Part shown: one piece after another, positions 1 through 8,050 of the stretch | Position numbering within the stretch: the stretch's first letter is position 1 | Layout: each line of letters starts with the position of its first letter | Source: a virus | Lineage: Duplodnaviria > Heunggongvirae > Uroviricota > Caudoviricetes | DNA: 28,946 nt | IMG/VR virus record: IMGVR_UViG_2617270968_000004 | Reading direction: 5' to 3' (one strand) | The notes under the pieces: generated by a model | What the model saw: only the letters and a program-made list of their open reading frames with translations | Told to the model about the DNA's origin: nothing | Databases searched by the model: none | Position numbers and translations under genes: made by a program

Positions 1-124
1 CCTTTGATGAAAGCGTGATCCGCGCCGCTTCAGCCAGCCATTCTGGTTGTGTTATCAGACGCAGCAGCCGTTGAATCCGTAGGGACGGATCGGTGACTGC
101 CCATGTGGCAAGCTTGCGTTGCAT
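1..124 (-). CDS. Intron-encoded reverse transcriptase/maturase, N-terminal fragment (runs off window)
   Basis: Minus-strand ATG at 124 opens a frame through position 1; the ...ITLSSKG motif precedes the RT domain in group II intron proteins. Family recognised by pattern only. Confidence 0.5.
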   Translation of the reverse strand, partial: MQRKLATWAVTDPSLRIQRLLRLITQPEWLAEAARITLSSK

Positions 125-795
125 TTCGCTGATTATCAAAGGTCTTCACCTCGTTAGGTCAGTTAATTCACGTCGCAAACACATTCAAACTGCTTCCCTT
201 CGCCATGTAATGGGCTTTCCCCATCGCGGACTACTACGGAAGCTCCGCCAGCCAGCGCGTCATCGGAGCCATGCCCCCTTAACATCCGTCGCTGACCTTC
301 CCCGGTTTACCTGCCTGGACTCAGGCATACTGAGGAGGCTGCCCGTCGCACTCTTTATCCTTGCTTGCCGCAAGTTGGCAGAAGTCAGCAACGCAAGCGT
401 GATAGACGCTGCTGCCCCGGTGTTTCGCATACATGTCAAAACACCTTCGACCGGCAGTGCTTACGTATCACTGCCAGTTCCTCCTGCACGGCCTGTCAGA
501 TCACGTAGGCCGTGGTGACGTTTTCAACCCACAGAGGCGGATTAACGGGTTCATGTTCTTCAGCCTTTCAGTACTTAACCTTGAGGATCATCTTGGCTTA
601 GTGATCTCGCCTCAATCCCCGTTGTCAGCGGGTTACATCACCCTGCGGGCATGCCGCAGGTCACTGCCGCTCAGGTTCTCCACCGTCACACCCGGTGGGA
701 TTGTTGGGTTTCTCATCGTGAGTTACCGGTTCAATATTCCAGACAGACTCGCGGTTCATTTAAGCATCCATGCCCGCCCTGAACTCCGGGCACAC
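1..795 (-). mobile_element. Group II intron, 5' portion (ribozyme domains plus start of the intron-encoded protein); continues beyond window start
   Basis: On the minus strand the IS629 orfB frame breaks after the FTY codons at 796 and the inserted sequence begins GTGTGCCCGGAG (GUGYG group II 5' consensus). About 670 nt further an ORF starts (ATG at 124..122, minus) reading MQRKLATWAVTDPSLRIQRLLRLITQPEWLAEAARITLSSKG, typical of the N-terminal region of bacterial group II intron reverse transcriptase/maturases. Confidence 0.6.
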
Positions 796-1213
796 CGTAA
801 GTAAAATCAGCCACCCACAGCTGGTCAGGTCGTTCTGCCACGAACTGACGGTTTACGCGGTCGCCTGCGGCAACGGCTTTCCGGCTGATGGTCGTACGGA
901 CCTTTTTACCCCGGAGAACACCGGCAAGTCCCATAACCGCCATGAGACGTGCCACAGTGCATCTGGCCACTCTGATACCTTCCCGTAACAACTGACGCCA
1001 GACTTTACGCACACCGTATACCTTGTGATTTTCATCGTATACGCGCTGTATCTCTTTCTTCAGCCAGTCATCGCGCTGCGCACGGGCACTGCGTTTATCC
1101 GGATGATGTCGCTGTTGCTGACAGTGGTAATACGTTGACGGGGCAATATGCAGTTCGCTGCATAGCGGTCCGACCCCGTACAGCTTACGCAGCTTATCCA
1201 GCAGTGGCATCAT
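796..1213 (-). pseudogene. IS3-family transposase OrfB, N-terminal part truncated by intron insertion
   Basis: [32 protein letters not shown]...WVADFTY matches IS629 OrfB up to FTY, then diverges into intron sequence (track ORF 731..1213). Confidence 0.75.
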
Positions 1214-1536
1214 TTTTTCCAGAGGCGGTCGAACTCCGCCTTCGCAAAATAAGCGGAAGCCTGGCGAAGGATATCGTTACTGCGGCGCAGTTCACGATTT
1301 TCACGTTCCAGCTCTTTCAGACGCTGACGTTCAGCGGTGGTGAGCCCTCCATCACCGCCCCCGGTATCCCGCTCATGCTGGCGAACCCAGACACGCAGAG
1401 TCTCCGGCGTACAGCCAATCTTTGGAGCAATGGAACAAATTGTCGCCCATTGTGAGTCATATTCGCTCTGACTTTCCAGAACCATACGGACTGCCCGTTG
1501 ACGGACTTCGGGGGAAAAACGAGTATTTTTAGTCAT
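1210..1536 (-). CDS. IS3-family transposase OrfA (IS629-type)
   Basis: 108-aa [25 protein letters not shown]... with helix-turn-helix and leucine-zipper-like C-terminus, characteristic of IS629/IS1203 OrfA. Confidence 0.85.
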   Translation of the reverse strand: MTKNTRFSPEVRQRAVRMVLESQSEYDSQWATICSIAPKIGCTPETLRVWVRQHERDTGGGDGGLTTAERQRLKELERENRELRRSNDILRQASAYFAKAEFDRLWKK

Positions 1537-1590
1537 CCTGTTTACCTCTTTCTCAGGAAGTTTAGTCTCCAGGATTCCCGGGGCGGTTCA

Positions 1591-1948
1591 CTATTACCTG
1601 GCCGTCGTATTGGAAATGGCGAATCATTTCGCGGATCCAGGTGGCAGGTGGGAGTTTTAATTTTTTGCCAACAGTCATACCCTGAGACTCATCCTCAAGC
1701 CCGGCGGCGAGCGTCACAACCCAGCGTAGCTCTGCTATGCCCCACATACGGTAAGCCAGCAAATCCGGGCGATATTGCTCATCGGGAAGAACGTAATAAA
1801 TCGTCAGATTCTTGTCGTTCGATTCACACATAAGCATCACCTCTTTGCGTAGCTCTGCCCTGAGTATTGGATCGGCTATGTTGCGGTCGTCATACCGCGA
1901 CAGAGGATATTGCCGGGTGCTTTGGGTTGTAGTGATTGATGTAGCCAT
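1591..1948 (-). pseudogene. Backbone gene of unknown function, C-terminus replaced by IS629 insertion
   Basis: ORF 1562..1948 (minus) runs into the IS629 terminus at 1590; the last about 9 codons are IS-derived. Confidence 0.5.
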
Positions 1949-2020
1949 AGTCAGCCTGCCAGAAATAGATGATGGTGATTCTACCGCTAGTCATTTGTTG
2001 ATTATTTAACTCAATAAAAG

Positions 2021-2037
2021 AAAATTATTAGTGCAAT
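2021..2037 (-). promoter_or_regulatory. C1 operator-like site (ATTGCACTAATAATTTT, 15/17 to consensus)
   Basis: Reverse complement of 2021..2037 matches the P1 C1 operator consensus ATTGCTCTAATAAATTT with 2 mismatches; lies in the AT-rich divergent intergenic region. Confidence 0.45.
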
Positions 2038-2094
2038 TTTGATTGTGAAATGTATCATTCTGCCCTTAAGTAGGTTCTTCACGAGGAAACAAAA

Positions 2095-2340
2095 TTGGCA
2101 GAACGTGTTGATGATGCAGAGCTGAGCATGAATCAGTTAGAAGCTCTCAAAGACATGGCCATCGATAACATCAGAAAGCAGGCACAGGTCGTGAGCCAGG
2201 TATTTACAGGGAAGTGTCGTTACTGCAATGAATCGATTGAATCAGGCATTTATTGTGACGCTGAATGTGCGCAATGGCACAGGGAAGAGCAGGCTGCAAA
2301 ACAGCGTAAATATAGCATGCGACCGGCAGGATTTGACTGA
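2095..2340 (+). CDS. TraR/DksA-family C4 zinc-finger protein
   Basis: Small protein with C-terminal CxxC...CxxxC (CRYCNESIESGIYCDAEC); TTG start at 2095 with GAGGA upstream; alternative ATG at 2128. Confidence 0.5.
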   Translation: MAERVDDAELSMNQLEALKDMAIDNIRKQAQVVSQVFTGKCRYCNESIESGIYCDAECAQWHREEQAAKQRKYSMRPAGFD

Positions 2341-2342
2341 TT

Positions 2343-2921
2343 ATGTTGCGCTTTACTGAGGAAGAGTTTCAGGCTTTTAGTGAGCGTCGAAATAAGGGGC
2401 GGTCCAGGCCAAAAACCAAAAAGGATCCATTCTTATCGCTTGCGCCGGTAAAAGAAGTTTCTCCACATGCGAAGGCACTTGCAGCACTGGCAAAGAACCC
2501 CGACCTGCGCGACGGAAATTGCGAGCACTTCGAGCAGGTTTTCATTTTTGATTACTTCGAACGCAAGCACCCTGACATCTATGAGCTGTTGCATGCAACG
2601 CCTAACGGAGGGAAACGTTCAAAAGCAACCGCCGGGAAAATGAAGGCTGAAGGGCAGAAAAAAGGTTATCCGGACATGAGTCTCGATAAAGCATGCGGTA
2701 TTTATCACGGCATGCGAATTGAGCTTAAAGAACCAAATGGTAAAGCCCCGACGAAAGAGCAGATCGCCTGGATGCGCAGGCTTAGAGAGGAAGGTTACTA
2801 CGTCGTTCTTGCGTATGGTGCAGAACAAGCGATAACCGCCATCCTGGAATACATGAGCCTTAAAAAGGGTGAGGCTATTGAGCATGTATTGAACGGTGAC
2901 AAGTGGTTGTACGCTACGTGA
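2343..2921 (+). CDS. VRR-NUC domain nuclease-like protein
   Basis: 192 aa; C-terminal half carries the PD-(D/E)xK-type VRR-NUC signature (GYPDMSL...GMRIELK); start abuts the upstream stop. Confidence 0.55.
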   Translation: MLRFTEEEFQAFSERRNKGRSRPKTKKDPFLSLAPVKEVSPHAKALAALAKNPDLRDGNCEHFEQVFIFDYFERKHPDIYELLHATPNGGKRSKATAGKMKAEGQKKGYPDMSLDKACGIYHGMRIELKEPNGKAPTKEQIAWMRRLREEGYYVVLAYGAEQAITAILEYMSLKKGEAIEHVLNGDKWLYAT

Positions 2922-3117
2922 AATAATAAATTAATTAGTGCATGTGTGCTCTTTGATATAGCGCACATTAACATCGGGAGAATAATCGTGTCATCCAAGG
3001 CTAATTATGAATCGCTGGCATCGATCATGCCGCGTAATGAACAGGAAGCAGATGCTGTAGTGGACCCGGTAATCGCTGAAATGAATGCTCGCCTGGAGGC
3101 TGAATTTGCAGCTGAGA

Positions 3118-3747
3118 ATGAACATACCACCCAGGGCGACTAGGACTGTTTTTTGTGTCGGTAGCGGTCCGTCACTCACTCGTGAGGACTGTGCTGCTAT
3201 AGAAAAAACTGGCTGTTCAATCATCGCGGTTAACAATTCCTGGCAGATGTTCGATGACATTTATGCCTTATACGCCGGTGATTTGTCATGGTGGAAGCAA
3301 TACGGATCCACCATACCGGGAGGGAGATTCCGCAAAGTGACAGCCAACCTGGCGGCGGCGAAATCATTTTCGTTGGAGTACAGGCGATATTGTGGACCGG
3401 CTGAAGGGGTTAATAGCGGCGCGCAGGCTATCAGTCTGGCGGCTGAATCAGGGGCTGAAGTAGTTGTATTAGTCGGCTATGACTGTTCTCTGCAAAACGG
3501 CCTTCATTGGCATGGAGCACACCCTCAAGCCCTACGGAATCCAACGCAGGTGTCTATTTCAAAATGGCAACAGCAGTTCCTGGATACCCGCAAAAAACAC
3601 GCAGATTTACATATTTTGAATGCAAGTAGGAGCAGTGCAATTCAATGTTTCCCAAGAATAAATTTAGAGGCAGTGATCGCGTTATTATCGTCGGCAGTGG
3701 CCCAAGCGCCGCAAACTTTGTTGCGCCGCGCGGAGTGCCGATTATAG
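3118..3747 (+). CDS. Hypothetical protein with GxGPS Rossmann-like motif (paralog 1)
   Basis: MNIPPRATRTVFCVGSGPSLT...IIAVNNSW; motif spacing mirrors the downstream paralog. The track ORF begins at 3085; the in-frame ATG at 3118 gives a size equal to paralog 2. Confidence 0.5.
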   Translation: MNIPPRATRTVFCVGSGPSLTREDCAAIEKTGCSIIAVNNSWQMFDDIYALYAGDLSWWKQYGSTIPGGRFRKVTANLAAAKSFSLEYRRYCGPAEGVNSGAQAISLAAESGAEVVVLVGYDCSLQNGLHWHGAHPQALRNPTQVSISKWQQQFLDTRKKHADLHILNASRSSAIQCFPRINLEAVIALLSSAVAQAPQTLLRRAECRL

Positions 3748-4271
3748 CGGTCAATGGGGCCATCGACTGGCTGAACCGCGCTTCTTATTTTTTCACACTT
3801 GATCCATCGCCAGACAATATGCGGCGCGTTGGTCGTGGCCGCCGTCGCCGTGGTGTTTGTTATTGCATGGCACTACCCGATGTTAAAGAACGTGAAGTCA
3901 GAGACGGCGTTCTGTGCTTCCGTCGTGTGGCTGAACGTGGCATGGAGCCAAAAAATACGAATTCTCCCGAGTGGTGGGCGTGGCGCTGGTCCGCACATTT
4001 CGGACTTTGCGAAGATGAGAATGAAATTGCCAGCGGCAATAGTGCATATGGCGCTCTGAACCTGGCTTTCCATATCGGATTCAAACATGTCGCCCTGGTG
4101 GGCGTTGACGCTACACAAGAACCACGCGTTCACTCCGGCGGCACGCCAAAAAATCTAAGTCACCTGCCTTTGTTATTCCAGTCTGCGCGTGAACAGATTG
4201 ACGTTGTTTCATGCGGGAGAATGGGAGGTATTCCGCAGATGACTCTTAAAGAATGGCTGAAGAATACATGA
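3645..4271 (+). CDS. Hypothetical protein with GxGPS Rossmann-like motif (paralog 2)
   Basis: [25 protein letters not shown]...IIAVNGA; AGGAG upstream; stop overlaps the next start (ATGA). Confidence 0.55.
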   Translation: MFPKNKFRGSDRVIIVGSGPSAANFVAPRGVPIIAVNGAIDWLNRASYFFTLDPSPDNMRRVGRGRRRRGVCYCMALPDVKEREVRDGVLCFRRVAERGMEPKNTNSPEWWAWRWSAHFGLCEDENEIASGNSAYGALNLAFHIGFKHVALVGVDATQEPRVHSGGTPKNLSHLPLLFQSAREQIDVVSCGRMGGIPQMTLKEWLKNT

Positions 4272-4945
4272 TGGCACCCACAATTTATCACCGTATCGAC
4301 GGTACCAAATACAGGAATGTCTGGGTTGTTGGTGATCTGCATGGTTGCTACACCAGACTGATGTCCGAACTCCATCGTGTGGATTTTGACCCGGCGCAGG
4401 ATTTACTGATATCGGTCGGCGACCTTATCGATCGCGGTACTGAAAATGTCGAATGTCTGGAACTATTGCAGATGCCCTGGTTCAGAGCGGTCATGGGTAA
4501 CCATGAGCGGCTGATGATTGATGCGTTAAGTCCAGATGGCAACGTGAATAACTGGCTAATGAATGGCGGACAATGGTTCTTCATGCTGGACACTGAGCAG
4601 GAAATATTAGCCTGGGCGCTGGTGGAGTTGGTAAGACGACTGCCCTATATCATTGAGTTGAACACCGGGCAAGAAACTATCGTTATAGCCCATGCCGACT
4701 ATCCGGATAATGAATACCAATTCGGTAAGGAGGTGCCGCTTTTCAACGTTGTCTGGGCGCGCGAGCGTATCAGTGATTCGATGGATGATATTGGTGGCGA
4801 AATTTCGGGCGCAGATCGTTTTATCTTTGGTCACACTCCGGTGAAAAGCCCGAAGACATTCTGGAATCAGCAGTATATCGACACTGGTGCCGTATTTTGC
4901 GGAAACCTGACATTGATGAAAGTGAAAGGTGATGGTGCAGCATGA
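4253..4945 (+). CDS. Lambda-type serine/threonine protein phosphatase (calcineurin-like metallophosphoesterase)
   Basis: [16 protein letters not shown] and GNHE motifs; alternative start ATG at 4268 overlaps the upstream stop. Confidence 0.8.
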   Translation: MAEEYMMAPTIYHRIDGTKYRNVWVVGDLHGCYTRLMSELHRVDFDPAQDLLISVGDLIDRGTENVECLELLQMPWFRAVMGNHERLMIDALSPDGNVNNWLMNGGQWFFMLDTEQEILAWALVELVRRLPYIIELNTGQETIVIAHADYPDNEYQFGKEVPLFNVVWARERISDSMDDIGGEISGADRFIFGHTPVKSPKTFWNQQYIDTGAVFCGNLTLMKVKGDGAA

Positions 4946-5643
4946 AGATTGCTTTAGTTTTTCGCTCTGGTGGTGACTATAACGCTTCCGATGTGCAGTG
5001 GCTGGTTAATCAACTGCCAAAAGGCTATGAAATTATTTGCCTGACAGACCTGAAGCGTTTACATGTACCTGGCGTCAAAGTTGTCCCATTGATCAACCAG
5101 TGGCAAAAGTGCCGTGGCTGGTGGGCGAAAATAGAGTTGTTCCGACCGGATATAACAGATGATCTGTTCTATCTGGATTTGGACACAGTTATTGCCGGTG
5201 ATATACGCCCAATCCTTGAGAATCCACCAACCAGCTTCACCATGCTTAGGGATTTTTACCATCCACAATATCGTGGTAGCGGTGCCCTGTGGATACCAAA
5301 TAGTGTAAAAGCGCATATCTGGAGTGCATTCTGGCAAGATCCGGAAGGTTGGGTTGCTCGTTGTGTTACTACTGAATGCTGGGGTGAGCAGGGGTTTTTG
5401 CGGAAGGTTATGGGTGATGATACACCAGCATTTCAGGATCTGTATCCGGGATGGTTTGTAAGTTACAAGGCCGATGTTGTGGAACCTGGTTCGAAATATG
5501 CGAGCGCGCGTTACTCCAGGGGGAATGGGGCATTACCAAAAGACTGCCGAATAATCTTTTTCCACGGCAAACCGCGACCTCGCGAAGTGTCAGAGGATTG
5601 GCTTCCCCTTATCAGCTCGTTTTTTGAGCGAGAATCAGAATAA
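4942..5643 (+). CDS. Putative glycosyltransferase-like protein (DxD motif)
   Basis: 233 aa with YLDLDTVI (DxD-like) in an N-terminal Rossmann-like region; ATGA overlap with the phosphatase stop. Confidence 0.4.
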   Translation: MKIALVFRSGGDYNASDVQWLVNQLPKGYEIICLTDLKRLHVPGVKVVPLINQWQKCRGWWAKIELFRPDITDDLFYLDLDTVIAGDIRPILENPPTSFTMLRDFYHPQYRGSGALWIPNSVKAHIWSAFWQDPEGWVARCVTTECWGEQGFLRKVMGDDTPAFQDLYPGWFVSYKADVVEPGSKYASARYSRGNGALPKDCRIIFFHGKPRPREVSEDWLPLISSFFERESE

Positions 5644-5644
5644 T

Positions 5645-5661
5645 ATTGCTCTAATAATTCC
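5645..5661 (+). promoter_or_regulatory. C1 operator (ATTGCTCTAATAATTCC)
   Basis: 14/17 match to the C1 operator consensus, with the first 13 bp exact. Confidence 0.55.
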
Positions 5662-5670
5662 ATATTTTTA

Positions 5671-5699
5671 AAACGTGATGTACACTTATCACGTTTTTT
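5671..5699 (+). terminator. Rho-independent terminator
   Basis: 9-bp stem AAACGTGAT/ATCACGTTT with 8-nt loop followed by a T-run, directly after the glycosyltransferase-like gene. Confidence 0.6.
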
Positions 5700-5710
5700 A
5701 TTAGAGCAAT
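5694..5710 (-). promoter_or_regulatory. C1 operator (minus orientation)
   Basis: Reverse complement reads ATTGCTCTAATAAAAAA. Confidence 0.5.
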
Positions 5711-5724
5711 CTACAGGGTGCACT

Positions 5725-5943
5725 ATGTGGCCATTCCGACGGAAATATCACTACTGGCTGATCGCCTTTGTTACGCCGACCGGCGGTATCAGGCATGTCA
5801 TCACCAGGTATCGCAACAAGAGACTCACCTTAGCCAGAATTTTACAGGCTGCCATAGGTGAGGGACTGGATACAAATTGCGTAGTCCTTCCTCCTTCATA
5901 CTTAGGAAAAATGACCGAAGCACAAGCTAATACGGAACTTTGA
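5725..5943 (+). CDS. Hypothetical small protein
   Basis: 72-aa ORF ending 1 bp before the next gene; no recognisable motif, weak RBS. Confidence 0.3.
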   Translation: MWPFRRKYHYWLIAFVTPTGGIRHVITRYRNKRLTLARILQAAIGEGLDTNCVVLPPSYLGKMTEAQANTEL

Positions 5944-5944
5944 A

Positions 5945-7207
5945 ATGAGCACTTCAGCACAAAACCAATCAATCGAAAATGTATCTATCCCTGATGTCCT
6001 GAATGCCGGTATCCCGGCCATTATCCAGAACATCCGGGCCGCGCAACGCCGCGTTAGTTGTGATGACCTCACAGCACGTTTTTTTGATAATGCGGTTCAG
6101 TCAGCGGAGATGCTTCACGCACAGCTTATTGATGTTTATAACGCAGAAGCTGATAGCCATAACTCCCTGGTAGATGCAGCTGAAAATATGCAGTTGGATC
6201 TCGGTCTGAAGGGTAAAGAAATTGAAGAGCTTCAGCTGCAAATTGAACATTTGAAACGCCAGCAACAGGACGCGATCGACGATGCGACGCATGACGCCAA
6301 CCAGCGTGCTGATAATGCCGAACGTATAAGCATTGAGCTGGAAACAAAACTCAATGAAGTGACCGCGATGGTTGAACTGCGGAACTCACAGATTTCAACG
6401 CTAAAATCTCAATATAAAGAGATCATGAAACTTGATCCTTTTAACCTTGAGAAACGCTATAACAAAGCCAAAAGTGAGCGACAGGAACTGCGTAAGCAGG
6501 TCGCCGACCTTAACCAACAGCTCAAAAAGACTATTAAAGATGCAAGTGAGGCGCGCGTGGCATTTGCTAATAAAAAAGCAGAGGTTACCGCGCTGGTTAA
6601 TGAGAATGCCAAATTTGCGACGCTCAAGAAGGAAATGTATGGCATTACTGAGCGACGTTTCCCTGCAAGCAAACTTCATCCGACGTTAGGGCAAATCTCC
6701 TTCTTCCCGCGCCTCCTGGCTTATGGGATCTCATCGCCTAAAGAGTTCAATAACGAGCGTCCTTATATCGTTTCTAAGCTGGACTTTGCTTATCAGTTCT
6801 GCTGCGACATGGGCTATGCCATTGATATCCGAATCAACGAATGGTTGATGCCAAACTTCCAGCCGTTGGCCATTTTCCGCGAGTTCCAGCCGGAAGGTTG
6901 GGTAGAGTTCTTCCATGAATTGATCTGTAAAGAGATGGAAAGCCGCCGCCCGGAACTGGTCCGTCGAGTTGAGTGGGCGCAAGAGGTTATGTTGGCAGAG
7001 GCAGAGCTGCCGTTCGAACCGGAATTTATTGATGATCTGGCAGCTAAAGGGCTGCATACCCTGTTTGATGTGGTTACCCGCCGTCATGAGCAGTTGGTTG
7101 TCGAATTGGGTTTAGAGGAAACAGCGGCAAGAAGACTTCTCGATGTTTGCTATGCACGTAGCGATGCATGGGAAAAAGAGAACGGCGGCACTATTTACGT
7201 TCGCTGA
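5945..7207 (+). CDS. Hypothetical protein with long N-terminal coiled-coil region
   Basis: 420 aa; residues about 70-230 are heptad-rich (E/K/Q/L), C-terminal globular part unrecognised. Confidence 0.6.
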   Translation: MSTSAQNQSIENVSIPDVLNAGIPAIIQNIRAAQRRVSCDDLTARFFDNAVQSAEMLHAQLIDVYNAEADSHNSLVDAAENMQLDLGLKGKEIEELQLQIEHLKRQQQDAIDDATHDANQRADNAERISIELETKLNEVTAMVELRNSQISTLKSQYKEIMKLDPFNLEKRYNKAKSERQELRKQVADLNQQLKKTIKDASEARVAFANKKAEVTALVNENAKFATLKKEMYGITERRFPASKLHPTLGQISFFPRLLAYGISSPKEFNNERPYIVSKLDFAYQFCCDMGYAIDIRINEWLMPNFQPLAIFREFQPEGWVEFFHELICKEMESRRPELVRRVEWAQEVMLAEAELPFEPEFIDDLAAKGLHTLFDVVTRRHEQLVVELGLEETAARRLLDVCYARSDAWEKENGGTIYVR

Positions 7208-7279
7208 CAGTTACAGTGTCACTTTTGATGCTGGTGGAGTGCGCCCACCAGCATTTTTTTCGTCCAATGAGGAGGGCAT

Positions 7280-7786
7280 TTGAGTATTTTCAATAAACAC
7301 GCACACCAGGAACGTCCGTATATCGTCATAGTTGATATTGATGGAACAATATCAGAGGCAACTGAAGACAGACTGCATTTGCTTCCGCCACCAGGTAAAG
7401 GTGCATTAACAAAGGACTGGAACGAGTTTAATCTCGCCTGTGACACTGATACTCCCATAACTCCAGTTATTGATATTGTGCGCCAGTTATTTAACGTTTA
7501 CACGGTCTGGTTTGTAACCGGGCGCTGTGAGATCGCAAGGGATAAAACACGAGCCTGGCTGCGGAAGTACGTAACAAACGGGGCTGAGCCTTTGCTATCT
7601 ATGCGTCCTGCCACCGATGACAGAAATGACGGCCCAGCAAAGATTGATCTCCTTAAGAAAATTGGTCTAAGTAAAATCGCGTTCGCGCTGGAAGATAAGA
7701 TTGAAGTGGCGCGTGTTTTCAGGAGGCACGGCGTGCTTACGTTAATGGTCAGGGAGTATGAAAACGCGCTTCTCCATCAACAATAA
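7280..7786 (+). CDS. HAD-superfamily phosphatase-like protein (polynucleotide 3'-phosphatase-like; P1 pap-like by position)
   Basis: N-terminal DIDGT motif (HAD motif I) in a 168-aa protein. Confidence 0.55.
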   Translation: MSIFNKHAHQERPYIVIVDIDGTISEATEDRLHLLPPPGKGALTKDWNEFNLACDTDTPITPVIDIVRQLFNVYTVWFVTGRCEIARDKTRAWLRKYVTNGAEPLLSMRPATDDRNDGPAKIDLLKKIGLSKIAFALEDKIEVARVFRRHGVLTLMVREYENALLHQQ

Positions 7787-7802
7787 TTGCTCTAATAAAT
7801 AT
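7786..7802 (+). promoter_or_regulatory. C1 operator (ATTGCTCTAATAAATAT)
   Basis: 16/17 match to consensus, overlapping the pap-like stop codon. Confidence 0.6.
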
Positions 7803-7825
7803 TTATTTTTAAAGCAGAGAAAGTG

Positions 7826-7856
7826 AAAATAAAAACATGCCGCAAGGCGCGGCATG
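7826..7856 (-). terminator. Rho-independent terminator for minus-strand (hsdR) transcription
   Basis: 8-bp stem CATGCCGC/GCGGCATG with 5-nt loop; on the minus strand it is followed by a U-rich run (plus-strand A-run 7826..7835). Confidence 0.55.
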
Positions 7857-7884
7857 TATCCAATCAATCACAGGAGCTGAAAAT

Positions 7885-7971
7885 ATGAACACGGCATTCA
7901 AAATCATTATGGCCGCGATCTATTTCTGGCTGTTCTCTATCACTTTTGGCGATATCGTCGCACATGGGTAA
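7885..7971 (+). CDS. Small hydrophobic peptide (28 aa), candidate membrane peptide
   Basis: MNTAFKIIMAAIYFWLFSITFGDIVAHG with strong SD (CAGGAG, 8-nt spacing); lies within the 3' untranslated region of convergent hsdR. Confidence 0.3.
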   Translation: MNTAFKIIMAAIYFWLFSITFGDIVAHG

Positions 7972-8050
7972 GGGGAGTATATTAGCCATTTGGAACCCCA
8001 CGGTCTCTTGCGGGTTTAATTAAGAACCCGCAAGAAAAACACGAATTGGG

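Larger units (their letters stand above)
796..1590 (-). mobile_element. IS629/IS1203-like (IS3 family) element, left 795 bp, interrupted by the group II intron
   Basis: Terminal sequence TGAACCGCCCCGGGAATCCTGGAGACTAAAC on the minus strand ending at 1590; orfA and the 5' part of orfB follow in IS3-family arrangement. Confidence 0.8.

Noticed and set aside
93-804. Plus-strand ORFs 93..518 and 433..804 at the left edge
   Set aside because: They lie within what reads on the minus strand as group II intron ribozyme sequence and the IS629 junction; no RBS or recognisable motifs; most likely non-coding shadow frames.
8007-8034. Perfect 10-bp inverted repeat (CTTGCGGGTT / AACCCGCAAG) just after the hsdR stop, considered as a terminator
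   Set aside because: No U-tract follows the hairpin on either strand in the correct position; the hairpin at 7826..7856 has the U-run and is the better hsdR terminator. It may still be a protein-binding site or RNA stabiliser.
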